Assembly: GCA_035455165.1 (NCBI GenBank)
Contig: DATIFP010000196.1
Coordinates: forward strand, 24,237-88,236
DNA length: 64,000 bases
Reading direction: 5' to 3'
Source of the DNA: Blastocatellia bacterium
GTDB lineage: Bacteria; Acidobacteriota; Blastocatellia; UBA7656
The translations under genes were made by a program, and so were the position numbers. Positions within the stretch are counted from its first letter, which is position 1, and every line of letters starts with the position of its first letter. Shown here piece after piece: positions 38,554 through 48,144 of this stretch. The notes beneath the pieces are model-generated. The model worked only from the letters and a program-made list of their open reading frames with translations. It was not told where the DNA came from and searched no databases.

Positions 38554-38919
38554 ATGATGAGACGTCCTACAAAGGTCATCAGCAGAATCGCGAACTCGGT
38601 TCGCATCATCAAAATAACCGGCCGTCTTGATCCCGGCGACGGTCCCGATCCCTTGTTCGAGATGGTTCAGCGGTTTGTCGAAGAGGATGAGGTGGGCTTC
38701 TTGCTCGATCTTCGAAGTGTCACCTACATCAGCAGCACGGGCGTTGGCAGTCTCATCAAGTGTTATCGGTCGGTGCTCAAAAAGAAGGGTCAGGTGAAAC
38801 TGCTTTCCCCGTCCCAGTCGGTGAGGAACATTCTGGCAATCTCGAAGCTTGACGGGGTGTTTGAGATTTTCTCCGACGAGGGGGAAGCGCTGGCCAGCTT
38901 TAAGGGGAAGAAGGAGTGA
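38554..38919 (+). CDS. STAS-domain protein (anti-sigma-factor antagonist, SpoIIAA-like)
   Basis: 121 aa, ITGRLD...GFLLDLRSVTYISSTGVGSLI...KLLSPSQSVRNILAISKLDGVFEIF. Confidence 0.7.
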   Translation: MMRRPTKVISRIANSVRIIKITGRLDPGDGPDPLFEMVQRFVEEDEVGFLLDLRSVTYISSTGVGSLIKCYRSVLKKKGQVKLLSPSQSVRNILAISKLDGVFEIFSDEGEALASFKGKKE

Positions 38920-38926
38920 AGAGCCT

Positions 38927-39139
38927 TTATGAAGGCTTCTTGCCTTTAGGAGGCGGTTCCTTTGGTTTTTCGGTCTTTCCCTTATCCTTTACTACCGGCG
39001 GTCCGGGTGGGTCCTTCTTCTTTCCGTCCCTATCCCTATCTCTCTTTTGAGCGAACACCACCGAAGTGCCTTCGGGTGTTGTCCCGACGGCGACAACGCC
39101 AAAAAGCGCGATCGTGATCATGAGTAAACACTTCTTCAT
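38927..39139 (-). CDS. Small secreted Lys/Pro-rich basic protein
   Basis: Signal peptide MKKCLLMITIALFGVVAVG followed by a low-complexity KD/PP-rich tail. Confidence 0.45.
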   Translation of the reverse strand: MKKCLLMITIALFGVVAVGTTPEGTSVVFAQKRDRDRDGKKKDPPGPPVVKDKGKTEKPKEPPPKGKKPS

Positions 39140-39165
39140 GAGCTTGAACTCGATTTACGTGGCTG

Positions 39166-39375
39166 TTATGGCTTCCGGTTGCGATCCTCTGTGCGCGGCC
39201 GTTGAGACCGGTTGCCATTTCCGGGTTGCTGCCTCTTGTCCACCACGACGACTGTTACCTTCTGCTTCCGCTCCTTGTCATCAACCGGGCCCGCGGTTGG
39301 CTGAGCAACCGCTCCAGCGCTCAGCGTCGACACTAGAATACCACCAATAATACCTGCCCAGAACACCTTTTTCAT
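39166..39375 (-). CDS. Small secreted basic protein (tandem to the 38927..39139 gene)
   Basis: Signal peptide MKKVFWAGIIGGILVSTLSAGAVA then a charged tail. Confidence 0.45.
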   Translation of the reverse strand: MKKVFWAGIIGGILVSTLSAGAVAQPTAGPVDDKERKQKVTVVVVDKRQQPGNGNRSQRPRTEDRNRKP

Positions 39376-39626
39376 TTAGCCTCCGGTGAGGCAAGTCCGC
39401 ATTCGACCTAATAACCGGGGCAATCGCTATTCCACGCCTGTTGCCTCCGCAAACTAACTAATCGCTTAGTTTGCGGTTTACGCGGCGGTTCGCCTGCCAT
39501 CACGAGTCAACCTTTCAGTTCAAATGCATACCTTTTAGTGCAACGGTAGGATGCCCGGTTTGACCGGGGAAGTTGTTAGGGGCCGGCGTGAGATTGATAT
39601 TTAGAAGTGATATCGACTCCGGAGTC

Positions 39627-39911
39627 TTATTTCTTCCGCTTGTTCACGGCCTCTTTTAGCTGTTTGCCGGCGCTGAATCTGACCGATTTGGTGGCCGGTA
39701 TCCTGATTCGCTCGGCGGTGTAGGGGTTATGACCTCTCCGTGCCCGACGGTGCGAAACTGCAAAGGTGCCGAAACCGACCAGTGTCACCTTGTTGTTTTT
39801 GCGCAGGCTGTCAGTGATCGACTCTTTGACCGCGTTGATTGCCCGCTCTGCTTCCGCCTTGCTGATCGAGGCCCCCTTCGCCACTTTCTCGATCAAATCA
39901 CCCTGGTTCAT
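39627..39911 (-). CDS. hup: HU-family nucleoid-associated DNA-binding protein
   Basis: MNQGDLIEKVAKGASISKAEAERAINAVKESITDSLRKNNKVTLVGFGTFAVSHRRARRGHNPYTAERIRIPATKSVRFSAGKQLKEAV; start taken at MNQ rather than the upstream in-frame ATG. Confidence 0.9.
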   Translation of the reverse strand: MNQGDLIEKVAKGASISKAEAERAINAVKESITDSLRKNNKVTLVGFGTFAVSHRRARRGHNPYTAERIRIPATKSVRFSAGKQLKEAVNKRKK

Positions 39912-40091
39912 TGTGCCTCCCAAATATCGTAGGTTATCTAATGAGCTAACCCAATATGTGGTAGCCCGTTGCGCGCGTTTATAACACTGGCGCTATACGC
40001 TGTCAACGACTTTCTTTGCTCGGCGGCCCTGGAATCGGTTCTGGTGGCCTGATTCAGGGCGGAGGGCTCCCTTGACGACCTCAATCGATCC

Positions 40092-41057
40092 TCACGAGAT
40101 GTGTAGGATTACCTTCATAGTGTTAGGGTCAGCAGCTTTCTCGAACGCGAGCAAGGCCCTGTCCAGAGGCAACCGCTCGGAGATCAACTGACCGGGATCC
40201 AGTCGGCTGCTTGTCAAAAAATCGATCGCCTGGCGCAGTCGCCCACACCGCGAGCCGATCAGCCTTAGCTCGTTCACAACGATCGCCGACGTGTCCAACG
40301 GCGTCGAGTCGTGATGGGTCGATTTCAACACCACGGTGCCTCTCGGCCGCACCAGCTTCAGCGCCGTGCCTAAGCCCACCGGCGAACCGCTCGCCTCTAT
40401 CGCAACGTCAAAAGAGCCGAGATATTTGGAGCCGAGCGAAGGGGAGTCAGCCAAAACGGATTTGGCGCCGAGCGTCTGAGCGAGCACAAGTTTCTTTTCA
40501 TGCTTGCCGACGACCGCAAGGTCGCATCCCGTCTGTGTCATCACGAGGACGATCAACTGCGCAAGCTTGCCGTCCCCCACGATAACGACTCTCGACGAGG
40601 GAAGGATATCGATCTGCTCAAGAATGTTGAATGCCGCGGCTAGTGGTTCGGCGAACACCGCCGCTTCGTCGTTCAGGGAATCCGGCACGTTTACCAGGTT
40701 GTGCACGGGAAGGGAAAGGTACTCGGCAAAAGCTCCATCGCGACCCTTGATCCCGAGCACAGTCCGAGTCGCGCAGTGTCTCGGATCGCCCTTCGTGCAG
40801 AGTATGCACTCGCCGCATCCCGCGTTGATCTCTCCAACAACCCGCTGTCCGACTATCGACTCGCCGGGCGACTCAACCACGCGCCCCACAAACTCGTGGC
40901 CGAGCGTCCCGCGGAATCCGCCATACCCCCTGACGATTTCGAGGTCCGTGTTGCAGATGCCCGCGCAGATCACTTGAACGAGCGCTTCGCCTTCGCGCCG
41001 GGGCACATCCGCGTCGTGCACGAGCTTGAGACCGTCATCAAAACGAAGCGCCTTCAC
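40092..41057 (-). CDS. Zinc-dependent medium-chain alcohol/threonine/sorbitol dehydrogenase family oxidoreductase
   Basis: GICNTDLEIVRG, GHEFVGRV, structural-zinc Cys cluster GCGECILCTKGDPRHC, Rossmann VVIVGDGKLAQL. Confidence 0.8.
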   Translation of the reverse strand: MKALRFDDGLKLVHDADVPRREGEALVQVICAGICNTDLEIVRGYGGFRGTLGHEFVGRVVESPGESIVGQRVVGEINAGCGECILCTKGDPRHCATRTVLGIKGRDGAFAEYLSLPVHNLVNVPDSLNDEAAVFAEPLAAAFNILEQIDILPSSRVVIVGDGKLAQLIVLVMTQTGCDLAVVGKHEKKLVLAQTLGAKSVLADSPSLGSKYLGSFDVAIEASGSPVGLGTALKLVRPRGTVVLKSTHHDSTPLDTSAIVVNELRLIGSRCGRLRQAIDFLTSSRLDPGQLISERLPLDRALLAFEKAADPNTMKVILHIS

Positions 41058-41063
41058 GATCGA

Positions 41064-43190
41064 TCACCGGGCAAAAACAAATGAGTTCGAGACAATCCCA
41101 CTGCCGGCCGGGCTTTCAACGCGGACAACGAAGCTTCCACGTTTCACCAGTTTCTTAAAGAGCTTCTTCTTCGACGCATAAAATACCGTGCCTTTTCCAT
41201 CAGGTGGAGGAGGGTCCAAAAAGAACACCTTGGGAAGCGGTATATCCTCGCCGTCCTTTTGTGCAGTGACTGCGGTATTCTGCGTGACAAATCCGGCCCC
41301 GTCTATCTTGAGCGCATCGCCGAACGGAACGCTGGTGAACTCAATGTGAGTTATCGTCGGATACCCGACGCGGATCTTCAGCTGACCTCCGTTTCCTTTG
41401 CCGCTCACTTCGATCAAATACTTCGTTCCGCGCTGAGCGGGGAAGGTCAGCAGCGACTTATTGGTCGCGTTGGCAGGGTCGCCGACGTCGTCGTTACACG
41501 CAACCGGCGTAAGAGCCCCGCAATCTCCAGTATGGACGGTGATGATCGTGTCGTAGTCGCTGAGAGTGGTCTCGATCCCGTATACGGCGTCCGCGGCGGC
41601 GGTCAATGAATACCAGATGCTGTTTGTATCTCGAGCCCCGGTGCACGATACGGGATCGCCGGGCGATGATGTCGCCGATCTCGTGTCAATCGTGTCCTGG
41701 AAAGGCAAAGCAGCAATCGCGCGCGGGCTCGAGCAGTCGTCGGCAAGTGAAACGGGTGGGGGCGGCGACGACCCGAAATCGAGCTGGCCATAGAATATCT
41801 GCTGTGTGCCGCGACGAGTATCGGTCCACAAGACATGCGCCTTGCCCCGCACGGCTGCGACGCCAATATAGTCGCCGATGCCGATCGCGATGGAATTCTT
41901 GCCGGCCACATCTGACTGGACGCGTGGATCAGAAGACGCGGAACTGATCCTCGAGTTCTCGGCGAAGCTCAGGCCGCCATCCGTTGAACGTGCGACGTAG
42001 GTGTTCATCAGAATAGAGCCCACGTTGTCACGCCGGTCATAGAACGCCACCGCGACGGCGCCGGTCGATGCATCGACGCTCAACCACGGGAGGAATTGAT
42101 CCACTCCGCTGCCACCGGTGTTTACTCTGACCGGAGAGCTGACATCTGGAAGCGAACCGGGCCTCGGAGTGATTCTGACCAGGAAGATATCTGTGTCGAT
42201 ATGGTTCGTAGTCTCGGCCCAGGCAACGAAGACGCGGCCTCGATTGGGCCCTCCGCTTCGATCTACGTCGATCGTGGGATAACTGTTTTGTCGCGTCAAG
42301 CCATCGATGAAGAAGGGTGCATTGGGTCCGTCGAGCGAGCCAATGTAGTTGTGCACCGTCATATCAATCGACGCGAGGCCGGGCAAGAACGTATCGCCTC
42401 CATCCGTCGAGGCGTTGAACAGTAAAAGGCGGGCCGGCATCCCCACCCAGGCTGCATAGAATTCACCGTTTGGTCCTGTCGCGAGCGACGGTCCGCGCAT
42501 ATCTCCCAGATGTCCGATGGCTTTTGAGAGAGAAAAGCCTGCGTCCCCGGGTCTGCGGCGCGCGAACCTGATTCCAGCAGTGTTCTGTCCGATATCGTCC
42601 ATTACAGTGCTTGTCCAAACCGCATATACGGTGTTCTTGAACGGGCTCGACACAGACGTATCAACGGTGATGTTGGGCTTGCTGGCACGAGTGGGGTTTG
42701 TAAGATTGCCGATGTCGACCACGACCGGTACGGGATCTTTGAATGTTCGGCCTCCGTCCGTTGATTTGAAGACATATACACCGGTATCGAAGCTCGAATT
42801 GTCGAGCATTATGACGCCGAGATAAAAATTACCCTCGAGGTCTGAAGCGACTGACGGGTCAGATGCGCGGCTCCAGGTTTTTTGCGGAGTGTCGAGTGTC
42901 AATAGCCCGGTCCCCCACGTCTGTCCTCCGTCGGAAGAGTAGTAATAAGCTACAAGGCTGTTCCCTTGCACCGGGCCCGCTCCGCCCTGAATCACTTTGG
43001 ACGCACCGACGATTGTCTGATCGTTCTGCTGGCTGACCGCAATCGAAGCAGCATCACGTGGATCCGGATCGCCGACCGGGCTCGCGGTTATTTCGAGCGC
43101 CGCGGACGGGCTTCCGGCATTGATCGGCCAGAACGTACCAGCGAGAGCTCCGGTCATCGCCAGCCCAAGTACAAGTTTCAGCTTCGACAT
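41064..43190 (-). CDS. Secreted BNR/Asp-box repeat (sialidase-like beta-propeller) protein with C-terminal beta-sandwich domains
   Basis: Asp-boxes SSDGGQTW, STDGGRTF, STDGGDTF, STDGGLSF. Signal peptide from MSKLKLVLGLAMTGALAG; start set at 43190 (the ORF tool start at 43298 is probably too long). Confidence 0.7.
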   Translation of the reverse strand: MSKLKLVLGLAMTGALAGTFWPINAGSPSAALEITASPVGDPDPRDAASIAVSQQNDQTIVGASKVIQGGAGPVQGNSLVAYYYSSDGGQTWGTGLLTLDTPQKTWSRASDPSVASDLEGNFYLGVIMLDNSSFDTGVYVFKSTDGGRTFKDPVPVVVDIGNLTNPTRASKPNITVDTSVSSPFKNTVYAVWTSTVMDDIGQNTAGIRFARRRPGDAGFSLSKAIGHLGDMRGPSLATGPNGEFYAAWVGMPARLLLFNASTDGGDTFLPGLASIDMTVHNYIGSLDGPNAPFFIDGLTRQNSYPTIDVDRSGGPNRGRVFVAWAETTNHIDTDIFLVRITPRPGSLPDVSSPVRVNTGGSGVDQFLPWLSVDASTGAVAVAFYDRRDNVGSILMNTYVARSTDGGLSFAENSRISSASSDPRVQSDVAGKNSIAIGIGDYIGVAAVRGKAHVLWTDTRRGTQQIFYGQLDFGSSPPPPVSLADDCSSPRAIAALPFQDTIDTRSATSSPGDPVSCTGARDTNSIWYSLTAAADAVYGIETTLSDYDTIITVHTGDCGALTPVACNDDVGDPANATNKSLLTFPAQRGTKYLIEVSGKGNGGQLKIRVGYPTITHIEFTSVPFGDALKIDGAGFVTQNTAVTAQKDGEDIPLPKVFFLDPPPPDGKGTVFYASKKKLFKKLVKRGSFVVRVESPAGSGIVSNSFVFAR

Positions 43191-43333
43191 CAAGAACCTC
43201 AATAACGAGAGAGTGACATCAAGGGAGAGAGCGAACACGAAGGATTCTTCCATACTGAATTCAGAGGGCGCAAGCAACGAAGCCGGCAAACTTTTCAAAG
43301 GAGTATCGCGCAGCTATACTGGCTCAACTCAAT

Positions 43334-44773
43334 TTGGAAGGCGAGCACTTGGAAAGAAAGCACTATCACCTGATTGGGATCTGCGGAACGGCGATGGCTT
43401 CGCTTGCAGGGATGCTCGTTCAGCAAGGACATCAAGTCACCGGTTCGGACGAGAACGTGTACCCGCCGATGTCAACAGAGCTCCAGCGGTTGGGGATTCC
43501 CGTGTCCGAAGGATACGGCTCCCAGAACATACCGGCGCGACCAGACGTCGTGGTCATTGGCAATGCGATAACACGGGGTAACCCCGAGCTTGAATATATC
43601 CTCAACGAAAAGATGCACTACACCTCGATGGCTGCAGTCGTCGAGGAGAACTTCATACGCGGGCGGCATTCGGTTGTCGTAGCGGGAACGCACGGCAAAA
43701 CTACGACCACTTCGCTGATCGCCTGGGCGATGGAGTGCGCGGGAGCTAATCCGTCGTTTCTGATCGGCGGTGTGGCGGAGAACTTCAACTCCTCATTTCG
43801 CGTGACCGATAGCCCTTATTTCGTGATCGAAGGCGACGAGTATGACACCGCCTACTTCGACAAGGGCCCCAAGTTCATGCACTACCTGCCCGACACGGTG
43901 ATCCTCAACAATATCGAATTCGACCACGCGGACATCTATCGCGATATCGACGCGGTCAAATTCGCGTTTAGCCGGCTGATCAATCTCATACCCGGCAGCG
44001 GCCAATTAGTCGCAGGGTGGGATTCCGAGCTGGTGAGGGAACTGGCCCCGCGGGCACTGTGCCACGTCGATTCATTCGGAATCGACCAGAATGCTTCCTG
44101 GCGCGCTGAGGACATCAGCCTCACAAGCGGGAGCACTGATTTCACCGTGCGGGTCGAGGGTCGTGAGTTTGGCAGATACAGCACCCCCCTGGCCGGTTTG
44201 TTTAACGTACGCAATTGCCTTGGCGTAATTGTCGCGTGCGAGCGACTGGGATTCGATCGCGCCGCTGTGAGCCAGTCGCTCGCGGCCTTCAAGAGCGTAA
44301 AGCGGCGGCTTGAAGTGCGCGGGCAGGTTCGAGGAGTCACCGTGATTGACGATTTCGCGCACCACCCAACCGCGGTGCGCGAGACTCTCCAGGCTGCGCG
44401 CGCAAAATATCCGGGAAATCGGATCGTCGCGATCTTCGAACCGCGCTCTTACACTGCGCAGATCAAACTCTTTCAACAGGCTTTCGAAGATGCGCTCGCA
44501 GAGGCCGACGAGATAATAATCGCGGGCCTGTTTCACCCCGAGCGCTACACCGCCGAAACCGCAATCTCACCGAACGAGATGGTGGACCATTGGCGCGCCC
44601 GCGGTCGTGAGGCGCACTACATCCCCACTGCGACTGAGATTGTCAGCGATCTCACCCCGCGACTGCGGGGCGGCGAAATAGTAGTGATAATGTCTAACGG
44701 TTCGTTCGACGGGATCCACGCCAAACTCTTGAATGCGCTTCAAGATTCCGAAGCAAGTGCTGCTGAAGGCTGA
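43334..44773 (+). CDS. mpl: UDP-N-acetylmuramate:L-alanyl-gamma-D-glutamyl-meso-DAP ligase (Mpl; MurC paralog for murein peptide recycling)
   Basis: HYHLIGICGTAMASLAGML..GHQVTGSD, GTHGKTTTTSLIAW, Mur ligase C-domain. TTG start as given by the ORF track; exact start uncertain. Confidence 0.75.
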   Translation: MEGEHLERKHYHLIGICGTAMASLAGMLVQQGHQVTGSDENVYPPMSTELQRLGIPVSEGYGSQNIPARPDVVVIGNAITRGNPELEYILNEKMHYTSMAAVVEENFIRGRHSVVVAGTHGKTTTTSLIAWAMECAGANPSFLIGGVAENFNSSFRVTDSPYFVIEGDEYDTAYFDKGPKFMHYLPDTVILNNIEFDHADIYRDIDAVKFAFSRLINLIPGSGQLVAGWDSELVRELAPRALCHVDSFGIDQNASWRAEDISLTSGSTDFTVRVEGREFGRYSTPLAGLFNVRNCLGVIVACERLGFDRAAVSQSLAAFKSVKRRLEVRGQVRGVTVIDDFAHHPTAVRETLQAARAKYPGNRIVAIFEPRSYTAQIKLFQQAFEDALAEADEIIIAGLFHPERYTAETAISPNEMVDHWRARGREAHYIPTATEIVSDLTPRLRGGEIVVIMSNGSFDGIHAKLLNALQDSEASAAEG

Positions 44774-44779
44774 GGGCGG

Positions 44780-45223
44780 CTACTCGCCGCCGGGGCTGTC
44801 GGCGACAACGGACAGTCGTCCCTTTGGTTCTATGCGCCCGCGCAAGACATTCTTGACGGGGCCCGGCAGGAAAAACTCGGCAATCTTCGCGATGCTGTCC
44901 ACCAGTTCCTTGATGTCGTATCGACCCTTCCAATGATCGAGCACCACTCTTCGGTCGGCGCGGTTCAGAAGTCTCAGTATGGAAATCGCAAGCAAGTAGG
45001 AGTCGTCAACCTGCCCTATGAATGGAATGAAGTCGGGGATGATATCGATCGGGACAACCACGTACATGATGATGCCGGCCAGAATGGCCTTGTCGGCCTG
45101 GGAAACGCGTTCGTCCCGGAGCAAGCCTATAAGGAGTCCCAGCAGATGCGGGATGAACAACAACAATTCTCGCATCTTTCTTCTCATCTTACGTGCCTCT
45201 GACATCCGACCTCCGGACCACAT
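44780..45223 (-). CDS. DUF1232 (YkvA-like) membrane protein
   Basis: PIDIIPDFIPFIGQVDD signature. Confidence 0.7.
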   Translation of the reverse strand: MWSGGRMSEARKMRRKMRELLLFIPHLLGLLIGLLRDERVSQADKAILAGIIMYVVVPIDIIPDFIPFIGQVDDSYLLAISILRLLNRADRRVVLDHWKGRYDIKELVDSIAKIAEFFLPGPVKNVLRGRIEPKGRLSVVADSPGGE

Positions 45224-45385
45224 TCAGAACTTGATTTGTATTCTAGAGGCATCGCGTGGCGGGCGTCAATTTTTTGAAGCGCGGGCGATGCGCGAAGCGC
45301 CGCGAGGTTAACCGAAAGTAAAAACTGCGCGGCAACCGCAATAGCGATTGCTCGCGCAGGATCTGAAGCCCTATTAACCCGATCG

Positions 45386-46171
45386 CTAGAACTCGCAGTT
45401 GTCTGGATTCGCGGACTGGTCCCGGAGCAGCGCGGCTCGTTGTAGCTCAACTCGTCTCACCGACTCTATTGCGGCTCTTACCTTGCACTCGGCTGCTTTG
45501 CTGGAAGCCGCGGGGGACTTTATCTGGATGAGCACTCTCAGACTTTGAGGGATCTCCAGGGTTTTGAACCTTCGTTTCGACTCAACGCGCCGAAGGCGAA
45601 ATTGGCTTTCAATTGAGCTCAACCACTCCTTCTGCACCGCAGCTTGCTTGAGCGAGTCCAGGCCTTGGAGAGAATCCGCGCCTGCCTTGAAGGCAGCCTC
45701 GATCGCCCCGGCGTGAATCGCGAGTGCACCGGAATCGATAACCGCTAAACTTCGCTCGATTGCCCGGCGCTCGGTGGCCTTTGGACAAGCGCGTCGCGCG
45801 ATGCTCGTTCTTTGGGGGTGACCGTCATTCGCCGCTGGCAAAATCGCGGGGGCGGGGATCGCCTCGCGGGCGCAGGCGGTCTCGATGCGGTCCTGTGCAT
45901 CGTCAGCCGCGTTCGACGGCTCGCCTTCCGGGCATTTAACAGCGGCTAGTTCAGATTGGGCTCCTCGCTGGTAGCCTCCACCAAACGCTTCCGTTATCTG
46001 GCCCCAAACATCCATTGCGGCGGCCAGCCTCGGGCTGAGCGTTAACGGAACGCCCGCGAACCGAAGCGAAACTGGAACCACTGCGAGGCCCAAGCAAAGG
46101 AAAAACGCGGTGCCCAGGTGTGCTGTTTTGCTTGTCCGTTGCATCACTATCTCTCCCACCGCCTCGATCAA
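45386..46171 (-). CDS. Hypothetical secreted protein
   Basis: Intact ORF with a signal-like segment (MQRTSKTAHLGTAFFLCLGLAVVPVSL); no recognisable domain. Confidence 0.4.
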   Translation of the reverse strand: MIEAVGEIVMQRTSKTAHLGTAFFLCLGLAVVPVSLRFAGVPLTLSPRLAAAMDVWGQITEAFGGGYQRGAQSELAAVKCPEGEPSNAADDAQDRIETACAREAIPAPAILPAANDGHPQRTSIARRACPKATERRAIERSLAVIDSGALAIHAGAIEAAFKAGADSLQGLDSLKQAAVQKEWLSSIESQFRLRRVESKRRFKTLEIPQSLRVLIQIKSPAASSKAAECKVRAAIESVRRVELQRAALLRDQSANPDNCEF

Positions 46172-46357
46172 TGCTTCCGATCTTTGGAGGTCTCAAACGG
46201 CCAAAAGCATTGAAGGTTCAACTTTTTCTCCGCTGGTCTTTCTTTCGTCGCAGCGGTAAGTGGCGCTGGGAATGAAAAGGTTGCAGTGATTTTTCTTCGG
46301 AAATAGATCAGCAGGGCTGGAGGCCGCCGTGGGTTCCCTATGGGCTTGTGTGAGGCG

Positions 46358-47395
46358 CTAGAACAGACTGGCTTGATCCGGCTGCCCGCCCGCCCTTTTG
46401 AAGTCGAGACCCAGGTGCTCGTGCGCAAGGCGGGTCGCGATCCGCCCACGCGGAGTGCGGTTCAGAAAGCCTATCTGCAACAGATACGGCTCGTAGATTT
46501 CTTCAATTGCATCCTTTTCTTCGCTAATGGCGGCGGAGAGGGTTCCGAGACCCACCGGTCCGCCGTCGAATTTTTCTATGATTGTCAGCAATAACTTCCG
46601 ATCAACTTCGTCCAGGCCGTAAGTATCGACCTCCATTCGATTCAACGCGCTTGCGGCGACGTCGTCAGTTACGCGCCCATCGTGCAGCACTTCGGCGATG
46701 TCGCGGACGCGGCGCAGCAAGCGGTTTGCAATTCGCGGCGTCCCTCGTGAACGCTTGGCTATCTCGTGCGCGCCACTGGTTTCAACTGTTATGCCGAGGA
46801 TGTCGGCCGAGCGGTTCACGATCACTTCCAGGTCCGAAATGGGATAGAAGTCCAGATGAAGCGGAATTCCGAAGCGTCCGCGAAGCGGCGCGCTGATCAG
46901 ACCCGCTCGAGTCGTTGCGCCGACCAGCGTGAACTTCGGAAGCTCCAGCTTTATCGACCGAGCCGATGGCCCCTGCCCGATGATGATGTCAAGCTGATAG
47001 TCCTCCATTGCCGGATAGAGGACTTCTTCGATAGTCGGGTTGAGCCGATGGATCTCGTCGATGAACAGCACGTCGCCTTCCGCGAGATTCGTGAGCAGAG
47101 CCGCGAGATCGCCCGCCTTTTCGATGACCGGTCCGGCCGTCGATTTTATGTCGCTGCCCATCTCGTTTGCGATTATGTGCGCGAGAGTGGTCTTGCCTAG
47201 ACCCGGCGGCCCGTAGAGCAACACATGATCAAGCGCCTGGCCGCGTTTGCGCGCGGCTTGGATGAAGATCGACAGATTCTCCTTGGCTCTTTGTTGCCCG
47301 ATGTATTCTCGCAGCCACTTGGGTCTGAGGCTCAACTCGAACTGCTTCTCATCGTCGCCGTCGGTGCCCGCTGAAATGATTCGGTTTTCCACCAT
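46358..47395 (-). CDS. ruvB: Holliday junction branch migration ATPase RuvB
   Basis: [47 protein letters not shown], sensor 2/winged-helix C-terminus. Confidence 0.95.
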   Translation of the reverse strand: MVENRIISAGTDGDDEKQFELSLRPKWLREYIGQQRAKENLSIFIQAARKRGQALDHVLLYGPPGLGKTTLAHIIANEMGSDIKSTAGPVIEKAGDLAALLTNLAEGDVLFIDEIHRLNPTIEEVLYPAMEDYQLDIIIGQGPSARSIKLELPKFTLVGATTRAGLISAPLRGRFGIPLHLDFYPISDLEVIVNRSADILGITVETSGAHEIAKRSRGTPRIANRLLRRVRDIAEVLHDGRVTDDVAASALNRMEVDTYGLDEVDRKLLLTIIEKFDGGPVGLGTLSAAISEEKDAIEEIYEPYLLQIGFLNRTPRGRIATRLAHEHLGLDFKRAGGQPDQASLF

Positions 47396-47510
47396 TTATC
47401 GGAGACTCCCTAACGCGTCTTCTGATCGCGCAGTTTATCATAAGCTGCGGCTCGCCCGGAAAGCGTTACAAATGCGAATGCTCGCCGTATAATTTTCGCA
47501 AACGAAGCCG

Positions 47511-48128
47511 ATGACAAAACAGCCGGAAGAGGGAACGATCTGGGAATGGCGCGCATTCGGGCGGGTTGACGACGACCTCGCTGCCAAGGTTCGCGATCAT
47601 CCCCCAAGGCTTGGAATAATCGATCTTCGCGGCGAAGATGTTTACCTGATCTCGCCCACCAGCGATCAGAACGTCAAGCTGCGACGATACTCCAGCGGCT
47701 GGGTGCTCAAGTTCAAGCTGTTGTTTGAGACGCGGCCCGGCGCCTTTGCGCTCTACAACGAGAGCGCCGAGTTTACGTACCAGTTCCCGGTCCCGCTCGC
47801 GACGCTTCAAGACGCCGCGCGGCTGCTCGAGGTCAACCTGCCCGATCTGGAGCTTTCGCCGAACCTGACCGATGTTGAATTCGTCGGCGCGCTCGCGCGA
47901 TCTTCGCCCGCGGTGAAGGATACAAAAGTCACGAAGCGGCGATCGCAATATCAGTTCGGCGGAGGATGGCTCGAGCTCGCTGACGTCGAATTCACGTCGC
48001 GCAGCGTGCAATCGATATCGATTCACTCCCCTGATCTCGAAGTCGTCAGAGGAATACTCGACCGTCTGAAGCCCGGCGATCAATTGGAAGCAATGAACTA
48101 CATTGAGGCGTGCCGACGCTGGGGATAG
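47511..48128 (+). CDS. Hypothetical protein (possibly CYTH-like; weak)
   Basis: 205-aa intact ORF; no firm motif match. Confidence 0.4.
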   Translation: MTKQPEEGTIWEWRAFGRVDDDLAAKVRDHPPRLGIIDLRGEDVYLISPTSDQNVKLRRYSSGWVLKFKLLFETRPGAFALYNESAEFTYQFPVPLATLQDAARLLEVNLPDLELSPNLTDVEFVGALARSSPAVKDTKVTKRRSQYQFGGGWLELADVEFTSRSVQSISIHSPDLEVVRGILDRLKPGDQLEAMNYIEACRRWG

Positions 48129-48144
48129 TAGAGTGGCGAGCGCA

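Noticed and set aside
38421-38630. 69-aa plus-strand ORF overlapping the tRNA-Val gene.
   Set aside because: It reads through a canonical tRNA cloverleaf, so it is spurious.
38300-39400. Considered a tRNA-anchored genomic island or mobile element.
   Set aside because: No integrase, transposase, or direct repeat of the tRNA 3' end is visible, and GC content looks continuous with the flanks. Composition was judged by eye only.
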